A DNA stretch of 63,896 nucleotides, filler included, from Octopus bimaculoides (GCF_001194135.2; 5 parts of 5 records of this genome joined end to end with filler, not necessarily neighbours in it), one strand, 5' to 3'. Shown: positions 36,916-49,935, numbered from the whole stretch's first letter. Program-made: numbers and translations. The notes: a model not told the origin generated them from the sequence alone.

Positions 36916-37070
36916 TTGTTCTAATAATAACAGGTATGACACTGAAAGTGTATCTTGGGTACTGGATTTGCAAATTCCTTATCAATGGTCCAAAGACATT
37001 TTCTTTCTCTCGTACTTTTTGGAACACATTAGTATCTTGGAGGCAGGAGATTTCCATAACAGAGCTCAAC
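36916..37070 (-). mobile_element. R4/Dong-like RLE C-terminal remnant
   Basis: EKENVFGPLIRNLQIQYPRYTFSVIPVII resembles the RLE tail K..KY..L...L.......IP.V.G. Confidence 0.55.
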
Positions 37071-37547
37071 TATTTTGTTTAAAATACAAATTGTATTTTA
37101 AATGAAAAATTTGTTAAAGTTGGTTTTTGCATGTAATATTCATGTTAGCTTGTATTATAATGGACGTAGGGTTGATCATGGAATGTTTATAATTTTGATA
37201 TTTTTAATAATATTTTTCTATCTTAGTATAATAAGTATTTTATATACATTCATTTGTTATTTATTGTTGGTTGATATATACATTCTTTTATTATTATTGT
37301 TGTATTTTGGCATAAAATTAGTTATATTTTTGAATAAAATTGATTTTCAATAGTTTTAATTGATTTGAATATTCTTTCTATTTGAAAATTGGTTATGAAA
37401 CACGTGTAGTCATTTTATTATCATTATCATATGATATTTACTTTGTATTATATTATACTTATTTATTGTGCTTTTACTTATTAATTTTTCTATATGTGAC
37501 AGTGGATTTTCATCGATGAGTTCATGAACCTTGGTTCTTTTCCCTAA

Positions 37548-37581
<34 letters not shown>

Positions 37582-37736
37582 GCACACACACACACACATA
37601 TATCTAGGATGGAAATTATGAAAGTAATAAAATGTTTTGAGTAAAAATAGAAATGAAGTTTATGGCAGGGTAAGATAATCAGTTTCCATACTCTGTAATA
37701 CTATCAGCGAATGATAAAACAGTAATATCTACAAAC

Positions 37737-37988
37737 CTCAATTAAACTCTTAGACCGATGAAAGGAGTCCAAGGAATTTTGAAACAGGGACAGCACTCCT
37801 TTCTTGATGTTCATCACCTGTTCCATGTCCAAGGGATTAGAGTGAGATTTAGGGTCTGGATCTGGTTCCCATAATGTCTTGATTTCTCCATTGTGGAAAG
37901 AGAAGTGCACAGCTTGCTGGAAAAGTGTTTCATCAATGTTCACTTCTTCTAATAGATTTTCTTTATAGTTTAGAGCTATCTCTGACAT
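37737..37988 (-). CDS. Apolipophorin/apoB-like LLTP exon: MSEIALNY...FSFHNGEI...MNIKKGVLSLFQNS...SLIE
   Basis: CTTCTTCCAG acceptor and GAG|GTTTGT donor; 252 nt, phase 0/0. Conserved F.F..G.I and NIK(R/K)G.LS.FQ motifs of apoB/apoLp/Vtg. Confidence 0.9.
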
Positions 37989-38445
37989 CTGGAAGAAGAG
38001 TTAGATATTATTATCAATATTTTTGATATCATATAGATGCATCTTTGTATGCATGCATCAGTCTATTTTTCTCTTGACACATACACATATATAGAGAGAG
38101 ACATTCAAATATACATATATATAAACTAAACATTCAAACACTGAGATTTGAAATCAGATGTTACTACTGTTCATATTGTCTGTGGATAAATTTTAAATTT
38201 GATGATATCACCAGCAGTGACATAGGTGGATCGCAGTTATAATAGCTTTAAATAGCTATTAATTATAAATTTGCACAAAGCGTAATGATGCTTAACAAGC
38301 ATTTACCTGCTAGAAATAAGAGCTAAAGTCTTAAATTAATCCACCGTAGTGCACCAAGATAACAGAGAAAAACAGTATGTGAGGAAAACAGAAAGAATTA
38401 AAACATTTAACAGCACAAATAAAAATATTATGCAATTAGGGATAT

Positions 38446-38500
38446 CCACAAACCAGGTTTCAGCTTTTGGGTATTTAAACCCTGAGCCTCATCAGTGTGG
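38446..38500 (-). ncRNA. Minimal type-I hammerhead ribozyme motif (core intact)
   Basis: CCACA-CUGAUGA-GGCU..GGGU/ACCC..AGCU-GAAAC-CUG-GUU^UGUGG: 5-bp stem I, full core, stem II and NUH triplet. Confidence 0.75.
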
Positions 38501-39553
38501 CCTACCGGGTAATAATCCATGATTGTCACGTTAAACTTTGACTGTGCAACTGGTTTTGTTTTACGCCAAAAACAGAGCACATGGTGCATAAAAATTTATA
38601 AACTAAACATTCAAACATATAATAATAATCTGCTTGTTCACTCATTTATACATTAGTTAGTTAGGGAGGTGGAGTAAGAGTGGGAGGAGTAAGAGTGAAG
38701 AAAGAAGAGAGGAAGAAGGAGAGAAAGGTTATTAATATTAATACACATAGGCCATGTGGTCAGCTAAAAGTAGAGGCAAATAATGAGTGAAAACGATAAG
38801 AGAAGAAGAGGGAAAGAAAAGTGTTAATGACATGCCGTAGGGTGGGGAAGGAATACTTATAACATGGTTAAAAAGTTAGCTGAAGGGAAAGGTAGATAGG
38901 GAGAGATGAACAGGTGAGGCAGTTATATTGAGAGAGGGAGAGAGGGTGGCAGATACCAGTGGTGGTGGTAGTGTGTTGATATAGAAAAGTATATATATTT
39001 TTTTAACTAATGTTATTTATAGCAACCACCACATATGCATAAGTGCAATTATTTATCATTTTCTTGTTTTACAAAATTGATATTTGTTTATAAGTGTTGA
39101 TTTAGCCTCAACTCTGGATGCACAAGAAACACATTTGCAAGCTAACTGAGAAAGGATGTGCAGATACAGAGCACACATCAGAGAGGAACAGTGAGAAAAT
39201 ATAATGAAAAGAGGAAAAAGACAACGCAGACAGAGACACGAGGACATGAATGTAGATGAACATCAAGAATATTTAAAGGAAGCTAAACTATGAATGCTAT
39301 AAAAATGCAAATCATCCTTTCTTTATTAAGATCCTCTTAATTTTTTCCATTCCATGGAATTTCCATGGATCCTACTAGTATATATATATGTGTGTGTATG
39401 TGTGTGTGGGTATATGAATGTATGTTTACATATATTTGTATATGTATATATATNNNNNNNNNNNNNNNNNNNNNNNNNNNNNNNNNNNNNNNNNNNNNNN
39501 NNNNNNNNNNNNNNNNNTATATATATATATATATATATGTGTACATATATATA

Positions 39554-41990
39554 CTAGCAAATTCACCCGTCCTTTGGATGGTGTAATTTATTATAATGGT
39601 GCACTACTTTTGATGGTTTAAGTTGAATTAGCCTGCAGTTAGAAGTCGTTTCAAGTTGATAAGCGTAATATGTATAATTACCATTTTCATTAGCAGTTTA
39701 TGATATGGCATTAAAAAACTTAGGTAATGAATAAACTTTTTTGAACACAAATTTGGCAGTTAGTAATAAATGAAAGTCCATGAAATGAGATTGCAATTTC
39801 AGTAAGCATTAGAGATCCTATATCTTACTTGAAGCATTTTGTATCATGGACTTAGTTTTCTTGTAATGTCTGACACAACTTCATTGAAGCTTTTTTTTCA
39901 ATGAAAGTCATGTATGATAAAGAAAAGCAAACCTCTATAGCAAACCCACAAATAGAAAAAGGGCATGTACAAAAATAAATGTCAGAGCATGCTTTTGAGC
40001 GAACAGCGTGCGTGAAGTAAGAAGGGCCATTGAAGGTAATTTACTATTAACAGGAATCAGGGAAATGAAGCAAAGTATCAATGAAATGCTTGCAGGAAGT
40101 CTGATTGCGAATGGCTACAGTTTGGTGAAGATGTGAAGAATGCAAAAGAGGAATATCTACTGTAGGGCTGCGTTGTAGATATTTTTTGTTTTTCCTTCAG
40201 GCGCACAGATGAATAAGTTATCTGAATGGCCAACTCTGGAACAACCAACATAGAACTGTCCATGTGAAGAACAATTTTTGAAGGTCTAATCCAACAACTT
40301 TCAGTAACTAACCTTGTGCTTTGTCAACTGTCATGGCGAAGCTGAGTTTTAGAGGGCACTACAGTCTCTGCATAGGGTAGGAGTAGTCTGTTGGGGTTAG
40401 TGGAATTTTCGAAATGAAAATGGTATCATTTTTGTGCTGTCCCGTGACAATTTGGGCTTTAATGATGTGGTTTATCATTTGTTTGACCACAAGATGAGTT
40501 CCATTGTATGGTGTGGGTACGTTTAGATTGCGTAGGAGGATGGCAGGGCAGCCAACTTTTAAGTGAAGTTCATGGTAAGGGAGTCCTGGAGGATGTTGGA
40601 AGTTGAGAAATTCTGTTGGAAAGTGTGTAAACTGATCGGGGTCAGTAACAGTGTCAACTGATCTGTAACAACATTCTTGAGAAGGTATCTGACTGAATAC
40701 GTTGTAGGTGAGAGTGTTGACAGCTGCATTTGTAGGTGCAAGAACCACCCTGATGTGAAGCCAATCTGGTTCTATGTATTCTGTTGTAAGATTTGGGTAA
40801 ACGGTAGAACATAAGTCATCAGGGCTGGAGACAGTGTGGCCAATGGTGTAGTGTCAATGTATCCATTGTCATCAGTCTGTAGGAGTGATCTCATGTTGAT
40901 GATGAGTTGTTTCGGAGGAGGGATTTTATAAGGCAGGCATTAGGTTCATCAGCTGGTGTTCCTTTGGGTATAATAGGCAGAGTGTGTTGAAAATCTCCTG
41001 CAAGAAGCATGTTGTTGTTTGATCTAAAGTCTCTGATTGTGGTATCAGGTGCTTGTAGGGAACATTTATGAGATGTAGTTGCTTCATGAATTTTTTCAAA
41101 ATTGTCGCTTCCTCCAAGGAATGCATTATGTGGCATGTTGGGTTTTCTAGATGTGTTACATTGAAAGGCAATTTTAAGGTAGAGTGTGCTGTTCCTCTGC
41201 TGTCAAGAAGAGTCAAGGCTATTCCTGAGAAAGCAACAGCAATAGCAAGGTCATCATTATGCTGCAACTTCGCAAGAAGATTCAGGGGGATGTTTTTCCA
41301 GTTCCACTGGGTGCGTCTAAGAAGATGATTCTGTCAGTGTGTGTGCAGATGTTTCTGAGGACAAAATTGTGTACATCAGCTTGATCAGAATTCAGAAAGA
41401 GTTTGTTGTCAACAGTGTACCGTTTGAGTTTGTGGATGTTGTAGGATGTTTCTCTGAGAATGAGGCAATTGGGACAGGTGTCTTCATTTCTTTCTGGAGT
41501 GTTGAGAGAATAAGCGTCCAATCATTGACCTCCAATTGCCCAAACCAAGTCTTCCAAGAGAAGAAGCCCTCTGTTGTAAATGGCAGGGGTGGTGAGAGTG
41601 TCAATGCTACCTGTGATTTGATGAGTCTGTTGCAAAATGTCATGGTACAATGAGTTTTCTTATTTATTCCAAAGTGAATGTGTCTGCCAGATTGCAGAAA
41701 ACCAACATTATTACAAAAAGGTGTTGGAGCTTGTGCAGAGAATGACACAGAGAAGCCTCTTTGAGTGCATTATCATACTGATCATCTGTATCCAAAAGTC
41801 CCCATTCGGAGCAGGCATCTTTGAAAGTGCTGCATAAGTGACTGTCCACTGTGCAAAGGTTGTCGAAGGAGGTTGGTGGAATATAAGTGATGTATGTGCC
41901 AAGCGTGAACGAAATCAGATAAAAAATATTGATTTTAAGTGGGATCATGTAAATGGCCTGTCACATAAACACACGCACACATTGTCCATC
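39554..41990 (-). mobile_element. Helitron fragment: Pif1 helicase half plus 3' terminus
   Basis: FLDAPSGTGKT, LLAGDFQHTLP, LAPTN, EFLN...PGLP.HEL.LKVG.P.ILLRNLN...NGT. The 3' end reads CCATCC-AAA-GGACGG hairpin...CTAG|T at 39554. No Rep domain seen. Confidence 0.92.
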
Positions 41991-42129
41991 TTATATATTA
42001 AAGATATACGAATGTACACTTATATATATATATGTGTGTGTGTATGTATATATATGCATATTGATGATGATATATATACATATATATACTTATTATATAT
42101 GAGTGTGTGAGTGTGTGTGTGTGTGTATG

Positions 42130-42191
<62 letters not shown>

Positions 42192-42289
42192 CCAAAGTGC
42201 ACAGTGTTATATATCCATTATAGCCAATCTTACTAATTGGTTTCATGCTAGGGATTCACTAGAGTGTTAGGTAACAATCTGATTATGTA

Positions 42290-43460
42290 ACCCTGTGCTC
42301 ATCAGAAGTAGCTGGTATGGAATGAAATATGGAGACTGCTCTCTATTGCTAAAAAAGGACCACAGAATGAACTTAACCCTCCAAACACACACCATTATAA
42401 AAAGAATGGGACAGCCCAAATCTATGAAAAGTCTCCTAACACAAGCTCGAATACCCTCAACAAAAACACTGAAGCCGTCAGTAAAAAAATGCGGTAGACC
42501 CAACTGCGGAATATGCATCAATCTAATTGAGGGATCAGAGTTCTCCTTCAAACAGGGACATAATTTCAAAGTGAAAAGTAACTTCACATGTACTTCGGAG
42601 AACCTGATATACACATTGACCTGCTCTGGGTGCCAAGAGCAGTACATAGGCCAAACAAAAAACAGCCTGCGTCAACGGATGGCTCTGCACAAATCCCAAA
42701 TCAAAATTCCCCAAAACATAAAAATAGCATTCAGCCAACACATCGATATTTGTGCCTATAATAAAAATCCAAGTTTCAGAATTTTTCCCCCTACCAATTC
42801 AGAGACGATACAACCTACAGCCAAAGAATAAGTAAAAAATCTCTCTTCATCACAAAATACAAACCCCTTCTGAATGCATCTACAACGAATGACATATCCA
42901 CTACGACCTTAGAATAAAACACACACAAATATTAAAAATGATAAACTCCAAATAGATACTCAAGGAATTATAAAAAAATTAAAAAATATAAAAAACAACC
43001 CCAATCACTACTCACTCGACTAGTTACTATCACACTATCCTGCATTTTATTATTACTATTTCTCTTCTTTTCCCCATCCCTCATCTTCTTCTTCCTTTCC
43101 ACCACCTCCTCCCTTACTTTATTACTACTACTGCTGTTTAGAAAAACACCTACGCAAACATTATAAACAATACAGATCACTACGACCATCAACAGGTCAA
43201 TGTCAGGACACCCAACCAATTAACACTCTGCTACTATCATAGCACTCCTTCTTCGAACCCACAAGAGTTAACAAGTGAAACAGAGACAGGCAGAAACAAG
43301 AAAAATGCTCCTGTTATTTGAATGCTATACAAATATGTCTTTAAAAAGACTTTTCTTTTAAATATACTAAAATTTAATTTTTCAATAATTTTTCAAAAAT
43401 TTATTATTCATAATTACTGTTGAAAAGATCTCAAGGATCGAAACCGGTTCTGTAATGTTC
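42290..43460 (+). mobile_element. Penelope-like element 3' part: GIY-YIG endonuclease plus downstream terminal region
   Basis: ORF 42295-42831: CG..NCGIC...CTSENLIYTLTCSGCQEQYIGQT...LRQR...H. A frameshifted tail reads FITKYKPLLN. Confidence 0.88.
43413..43456 (+). ncRNA. Minimal hammerhead ribozyme motif, U3-A8 core variant
   Basis: AUUACUG-UUGAAAA-GAUC-ucaag-GAUC-GAAAC-CG-GUU^CUGUAAU. Confidence 0.6.
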
Positions 43461-43551
43461 TTTATAAAAGTATTTTAGCATTTTCTACTTTGTCTTTTTT
43501 CCATATATATATCTACTTGTGTGTTCGTTTTCAACCTTTTACATATATATA

Positions 43552-43584
<33 letters not shown>

Positions 43585-43823
43585 CAATACGGAGCAAATA
43601 ATTCAGGAGAAAATATTTGCAAAGATATCATTGACTCTATTATTATCTAGTGTAACAATTTAAAAATGAGAACAGAATCAGTAATATAGGCAATTGCAGG
43701 CCCCAAGAAAGCATTAAATAGCAGAAGGATTAAAATTAATCAAATAACCCTTCAGCTATATATCTATATGTGTGTACACACATACACACACAAATATATG
43801 ACAGAAATATGAAATATACTTAC

Positions 43824-43978
43824 AGACATCACAAATTCACATTTTGACAATGCTGTTATAGTGACCTTTGACTCAAAAAATATTTTCACATCATCCTTGG
43901 AATAGCCATTCACTTTGGTTGTTGTTTCTATTTTGTAGTTGTAGTTTAATGATTCCCCAGGTACATATCCAAACTTGT
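43824..43978 (-). CDS. Apolipophorin/apoB-like large lipid transfer protein (Vitellogenin_N/LLT domain), first identified exon: (D)KFGYVPGESLNYNYKIETTTKVNGYSKDDVKIFFESKVTITALSKCEFVMS
   Basis: TTCACAG acceptor and TCT|GTAAGT donor; 155 nt, phase 1 to phase 0. KF.Y.PG..Y.Y.Y and a KC.F.. pattern are typical of the LLTP N-terminal beta-barrel start. Confidence 0.85.
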
Positions 43979-44370
43979 CTGTGAATACTGTACAAGAAAC
44001 AAAGTTATATGTCATCAATATATATATATATATATATATATANNNNNNNNNNCTGGAGCACTGCCTTTTAGTCGAGCAAATCGACCCCAGGACTTATTCT
44101 TTGGAAGCCTAGTTCTATCGGTCTCTTTTGCTGAACCGCTAAGTTATGGGGACGTAAACACACCACCATCGGTTGTCAAGCGATGCTTGCGGGACAAACA
44201 CAGGCACACAAACATATACACACACATACATACATATATACAATGGGCTTCTTTCAGTTTCCTTCTACCAAATCCATTCAAAAGGCTGGAACCATGTGGT
44301 TGGTAAGCAATCGACTTACCACACAGCCACTCCTGTGCCTATATATATATTCTTTTACAAATATGATATG

Positions 44371-44401
<31 letters not shown>

Positions 44402-44594
44402 AATATTCTATAATTATAAACATAATTATAATTAGGGGTCAGCTAATTATAATGATGCTTATAATTATAGAATATTTGTATAATTTTACCTAAAAAGGTC
44501 ATTTTAACGTACCGATCTACTAGGTAAAATTATTAATTATTAATTAATTAATTGATTAATTAATTAATTAATTTTACCCTTTCATTATTAATAT

Positions 44595-44647
<53 letters not shown>

Positions 44648-45487
44648 TCACTTAATGTCTATTTTCCATGCTGGTCGTGGTTGAATATATAACTTTATGG
44701 ACACATATAGTATCATACATATGCATACATACATACCTAAGTGTGTGTGTGTGTGTGTATCTATATATATATATAAACATACTGTCGCATCTACATACCA
44801 AGTATATCTACAATCGTATACATACCTGAGCATTTCTGTGCACCAGAGTTTCCAAAACTGAACAATGTTCCTGGAATATAGAAAAGAAGTTGTAGTTGTA
44901 GTAATGGTGGTGGTGGTGGTGGAAGTAGTAGTAGTAGGGGAATGTGAGGGTGAAAAGAGAGGGCCACATTCCTCACCTTACCTGGCAAATTTGCAGAAAG
45001 GCAAACAAGTGTGATAAATATGTCCCCAACAAAATAAGCCTACAATCTGTCAGAATGTGTTTGTTTGATGGGGAATATGAAGCTAGGAGTGGCACCTGCT
45101 CTCGTTGATAGTAAGGGTAATCAAAGACCTGAGGAGCTCAGGCACCGATTCCCCTGTTTTGGACATCCTATTTCTTTTGTTTGCTGTTGGTATTTCATAT
45201 GTTTCATCAAATTCAGTTCTATATAAGCCTTCACTCATGGTGTTTCTGTTTGTACTTCTAAAGGGCATTCATCCACTATCTTTAGGGAAGATACAATAAA
45301 TTATAATTTTTGCATATTTCAGTTATTGCATTGTGGCCATGCTGGGGCACCACCTTCAAGGGCTTGGTAAAACAAATCAACATCATTACTTATGTTTAAT
45401 TCTGCTACTTATTCTGTTGATTTTTTTGGTTGAACCACTAAGTTATGGGGATATAAACAAACTGTAAATGGTCATCAAATGATGGTG

Positions 45488-45488
<1 letters not shown>

Positions 45489-45580
<92 letters not shown>
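45489..45580. repeat. Long pure (GA)n microsatellite
   Basis: Direct reading. Confidence 0.95.
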
Positions 45581-45583
<3 letters not shown>

Positions 45584-45683
45584 TAAAATGCAAATAAACA
45601 AATAAAACCACTCAGGCTAGATATATAAAATATACATATATAAATAGAGAGAAAACATAGACCTCTCTCTATTTACATGTATA

Positions 45684-47860
45684 TCATCATCATCATCGTT
45701 TAACATCCGCTTTCCATGCACTGAAGGCTGGAAAGACAGAAGGCTGCACCAGACTTTAATCTGATCTGGCAAAGATTCTACAGCTGGATGCCTTTCCTAA
45801 TGCCAACCACTCTGAGAGTGTAGTGGGTGCTTTTACATACCACTGGCACAAGGGCCAGTCAGGTGGTACTGACATCGATCATGCTTAAATGGTGCTTTTT
45901 ACATGCTACCTACACAGGAGCCAGTCTGGCAGTACTGGCAATGATCATGCTCAAATGGTGCTTTGTATGTGCCACAGTCACAGGAGCCAGTCAGCGGCCC
46001 TGGCAGTGATCACACACAAATGGTGCTTTTAACGTTCCACTGGCATGAGTGCCAATCAGGTGGTAATGTCATCGGCCACAACAATGATTTCACTTGCCTC
46101 AACAGGTCTTTGCAAGCGTAGTTTATTGTCCAATGATCGAAGGGTACTCTTAAATGGGCTGGTTATACAGCACTGGCATAGGCCACAGTTATGGTCGCAC
46201 TTGGCTTGTTGGGTCTTCTCAAGCACAGCATATCTCCAAAGGTCTCTGTCACTTGTCATTGCCTCAGTGAGAGCCCAATGTTTGAAGGTCATGCTTCACC
46301 ACCTCACCATAGGTCTTCCTGGGTCTACCAACACTGCCAGATATTTTAAGCATCTCTGTAGTGATTCCTGATGGACTGGCAGCTTTTCCTGTCTTCATAC
46401 TCTTAATTGCTTTATCTACCAAGGTACTGTCAATTTGGATAGCTGGTCCCTCTGTTGGGTCAACATTTGGTAGACTCTCTCCTTCCCATTCATTCTCTTC
46501 ATTTAGCAACCTTTCATAGTGGTGTCTCCAATTCTCTCTCCTTGCAGCCTTGTTAAATGCAAGTGAGCCATCATCCATGTGGACACATTTCTCTCCTATG
46601 ATATCATGATTCTCTCTCATGCACTGTCTTGCAACAAAAAACACCTCAAGTCTTTGGTCCTCATGATGCAGAACATTGGCAATTTTTTTCTTATCCGTTT
46701 CCCCTCTGGCTAAATAAACCTGTCTCCTAGCTTCCCTTCTGGTAGTCTGATACAATTCCCTGCTACCACCATTCTTCCAGTCCTGTTTCTTTTCCCTAAT
46801 GAATCTGTCAACTACATTGTTCCACCACCATGTTACCTTGGGTCGAGAGGGGACTTTGCACCATCCACAGATCTGGTCAGTGGCCCTCAACAGGTTGTCC
46901 CGTAGAAACCTCCAGTTGTCTTCCACATAATGTGATGCTATATCCCCCTCTATTTCGCCAAAAGCTTTGAGTAATACATCTCTAAATTTCTATCCATTCA
47001 TAGGATCCTTAAGCTTCCAGACCCTTCCCCTCCTTGCTGGTCATCTTCTGGGCATCTATTTAGCCCTGATCCTGATGTCGCTAACTACTAATCTATGTTG
47101 TGGGGTCAATTCTTCACCTGGGAAGGTTTTGGCATTTATAAGTAGCCATCTTTCCCATTTGCTGGCGAGGATGTAGTCAATTTGACTAGTGTGTCTATCA
47201 GATCGGTAGGTGAATAGGTGACAGGCAGGTTTCCTGAAGTTAGTATTGCAAACCACAAGGTCATTTGCATTGCAGAACTCCAGTAGCTTGGTTCCCTCCT
47301 CATTGTGGGAACCAAAACCATAGCCTCCATGTACGCCATGGAAGCCCCCTGCATGTTGTCCAACATGCCCATTGAAGTCACCAGCCACAAAGAGAAGGTC
47401 CCTGTCATTCGTCGACGAGATAGTCTGTAAGAGGGTATCATAAAATCGGTCTTTCTGTACATCAGGCAGCCCCAGCTGAAGGGCATAGGCCAAGATAATG
47501 GTTGCTAACCTATGATGAAGCACTAATCTAATAATCTTAAGCATTCTGTCACATACTCTGACTACCTCGATTACCTTATCAACCCATTTCTCTGCAAGAA
47601 GTATACCCACGCCCCCAACCCCGTCAGTGTTCCCTGTCCAGAATATCTTATACTTATGTTCTTTGCCTGTGAGGAACCCCCTCTCCATCTTACTTCTTGG
47701 ATGCAGCACAAATCTACATGTCTCTGTTCAAGTATCTCAACAATCTCACCAGACCTACCTTTCAATGTGCCCACATTGATTGTGCTAATCCTGAGGGTGT
47801 GGGAGGTGTGGGCCTATGAGACCCTGGGAATGGGGGACAGCACCGTCATGTACCTGAAAA
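45684..47860 (-). mobile_element. RTE-like LINE with APE endonuclease and 3' end but RT core deleted
   Basis: (N)VGTLKGRSGEIV..L..R.VDLCCIQEVRW, GDFNGHVG, SQIDYIL, QHRLVVSD, linker to KAASPSGITTEMLK, then directly GRPRKT and the 3' UTR. Confidence 0.9.
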
Positions 47861-48390
47861 GAAAGTTTGCATTTGACAGAACTCATGTACATGCAATAGT
47901 CTTCAGCCTGCATACACCACACCATCATTTCTATGCACTACATGATTACTACAGCCCAAGTAGTTTTATTTGTTTATTTGCTTCATTATCTCTATGTCAG
48001 CTCACCTGGATTTCTCTTATAGCCACTCTTTACCCAACAGACTTAGTCTTTGGGTAAATATGTTTGTGACATATTTCAATTTCTAAAGGTAAATTCACTG
48101 CAGTTACTGTGGAGAAATAATTATTTCTTATGGTAAAAACATGTATATAATATATCTGATTTGTGCTGTGCTGCCCCTGTTGGATTTCCAGACACATTTC
48201 TAGCTCTTTAGCCATATCAGTGGGAGACATCAAAGAGAGTGGCTGTGACATAAGAAGCTTGCTTCCCAATTACATGGTTCCAGGTTCAGGTCCATTGTGT
48301 GGCACCTTAGGTAAGTGTCTTTTGCTATAGTCTCACGTTGACCAAAGCCTTGTGAGTAGACTTGGAAGACAGAACCTGAAAGTAGCCCAC

Positions 48391-48443
<53 letters not shown>

Positions 48444-49935
48444 TTATGTGTGTGTGTCTTTGTGTCTGTGTTTATCCCCCCCACCACTATTGCTTGACAA
48501 CCGATGTTGGTGTTTGTGTCCCCGTAACTTAGTGATTCAGCAAAAGAGACTGATAGAATGAGTACTAGGCTTACAAAGAATAAGTCTTGGGCTTGATTTC
48601 TTCAACTAAAACTCTTTAAGGTAGTGCTCCAGGATGGCCACACTCAAATGACTGAAACAAGTAAATGAATAAAAGAACAGTAAAAGAGTGTATGTATATG
48701 TATGAGCAATGGGCTTTCACAGTTTCTGTCCAATTTCACTCACAAGCCAAATGGTTGCAAAGCAAGCTTCTTAATCACTCATTTAGTATTTTTTCTTTTC
48801 TTCCCCAAGCTAAAAAATGTCAGAAAGCAAAGTACTTGAAGCAGGATGTTCTTTCAGCCCAACATTCTTTCAGTTACCACTCTTTACCTGTCTTTTTAAT
48901 GAAGAGAATTTTAATCCTGGTGGAATCTGAAAGTACTGAGTTAGTGGATGATGTGTTGATAGGAAATGTCAACAAACATTACTAACCATAGCTCAGCTGT
49001 CTGAAGTGTAAGCCACCATCGATTGCAAACATCCACAAAGACACACAAATGTGCATGCACATGCACACGCACACACAAATACATGCATAAAAACATATCA
49101 ATATCGTCATCATTTATATATACATATACACATATTTATATATGCACACATACACACATATATACACACACACATAAATATGCATACATATGTATACACA
49201 CACAGAGAATTCAGGGTTTGCATAATTATCTTTATACTTATTTCAGTCAGTAGTCCATGGCCATGCTGGGGTTGAATGAATCGACCTTTGTATTCATCTT
49301 ATTCTATCAGTCTCTTTCACTGAACCATTAAGTTACGGGACATAAACACACCAACACCAACACCAACACACACAGACACAAAGAGACATACACACACGCA
49401 CGCGCGCACAGACACGCACGCGCGCACACACATGCACACACACACACACATGTACACACACACGCACACATATATGATGGGCTTCTTTCAGTTTCTATTT
49501 ACCAAATCCACTCACAAGGCTTTGCTTTGCCCAACACTATAGTAGAAGACACTTGGCCAAGGTGTCATAAGTAGGACTGAACCTGGAGCCATATGATTGA
49601 TAAAAGACATTTTACCACAAAGCCACCCTACCCCTTGTGTACTGATAACTATATTAGTCAATTAAATTACCAAATTTGTCCAATTTTCACATGTTATTTT
49701 TGTATTTTTACAATTTTACAATATTTCATACTACAATATTACATGTACTTTCATGCTTTATAGAAGTAACAAAGTAAGATAAACAATTTTTCAAATGTAA
49801 GCAGTATATTTCCTTGCTATTAACAATCTTCAGGTGAATATTTATCAGTAGAAACAAACAAACAATGACCTTCTCTTTGACAACTAATTGCCAAATGTCA
49901 TAAACATATACACATTACATATATATATATATATA

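Noticed and set aside
37376-37420. TTGAAAA...GAAACACGTGTA hammerhead-like motif (also 52240-52285)
   Set aside because: Palindromic stem III and GUA are present, but stems I and II could not be paired. Kept only as a weak candidate.
44982-45039. Candidate upstream LLTP exon (AYFVGDIFITLVCLSANLP) with a strong CAG|GTAAGG donor
   Set aside because: The phase fits and it is hydrophobic, but the acceptor is weak, there is no ATG and no recognisable homology. Possible but unsupported.
45083-45299. Overlapping short ORFs on both strands
   Set aside because: No recognisable motif or splice context.
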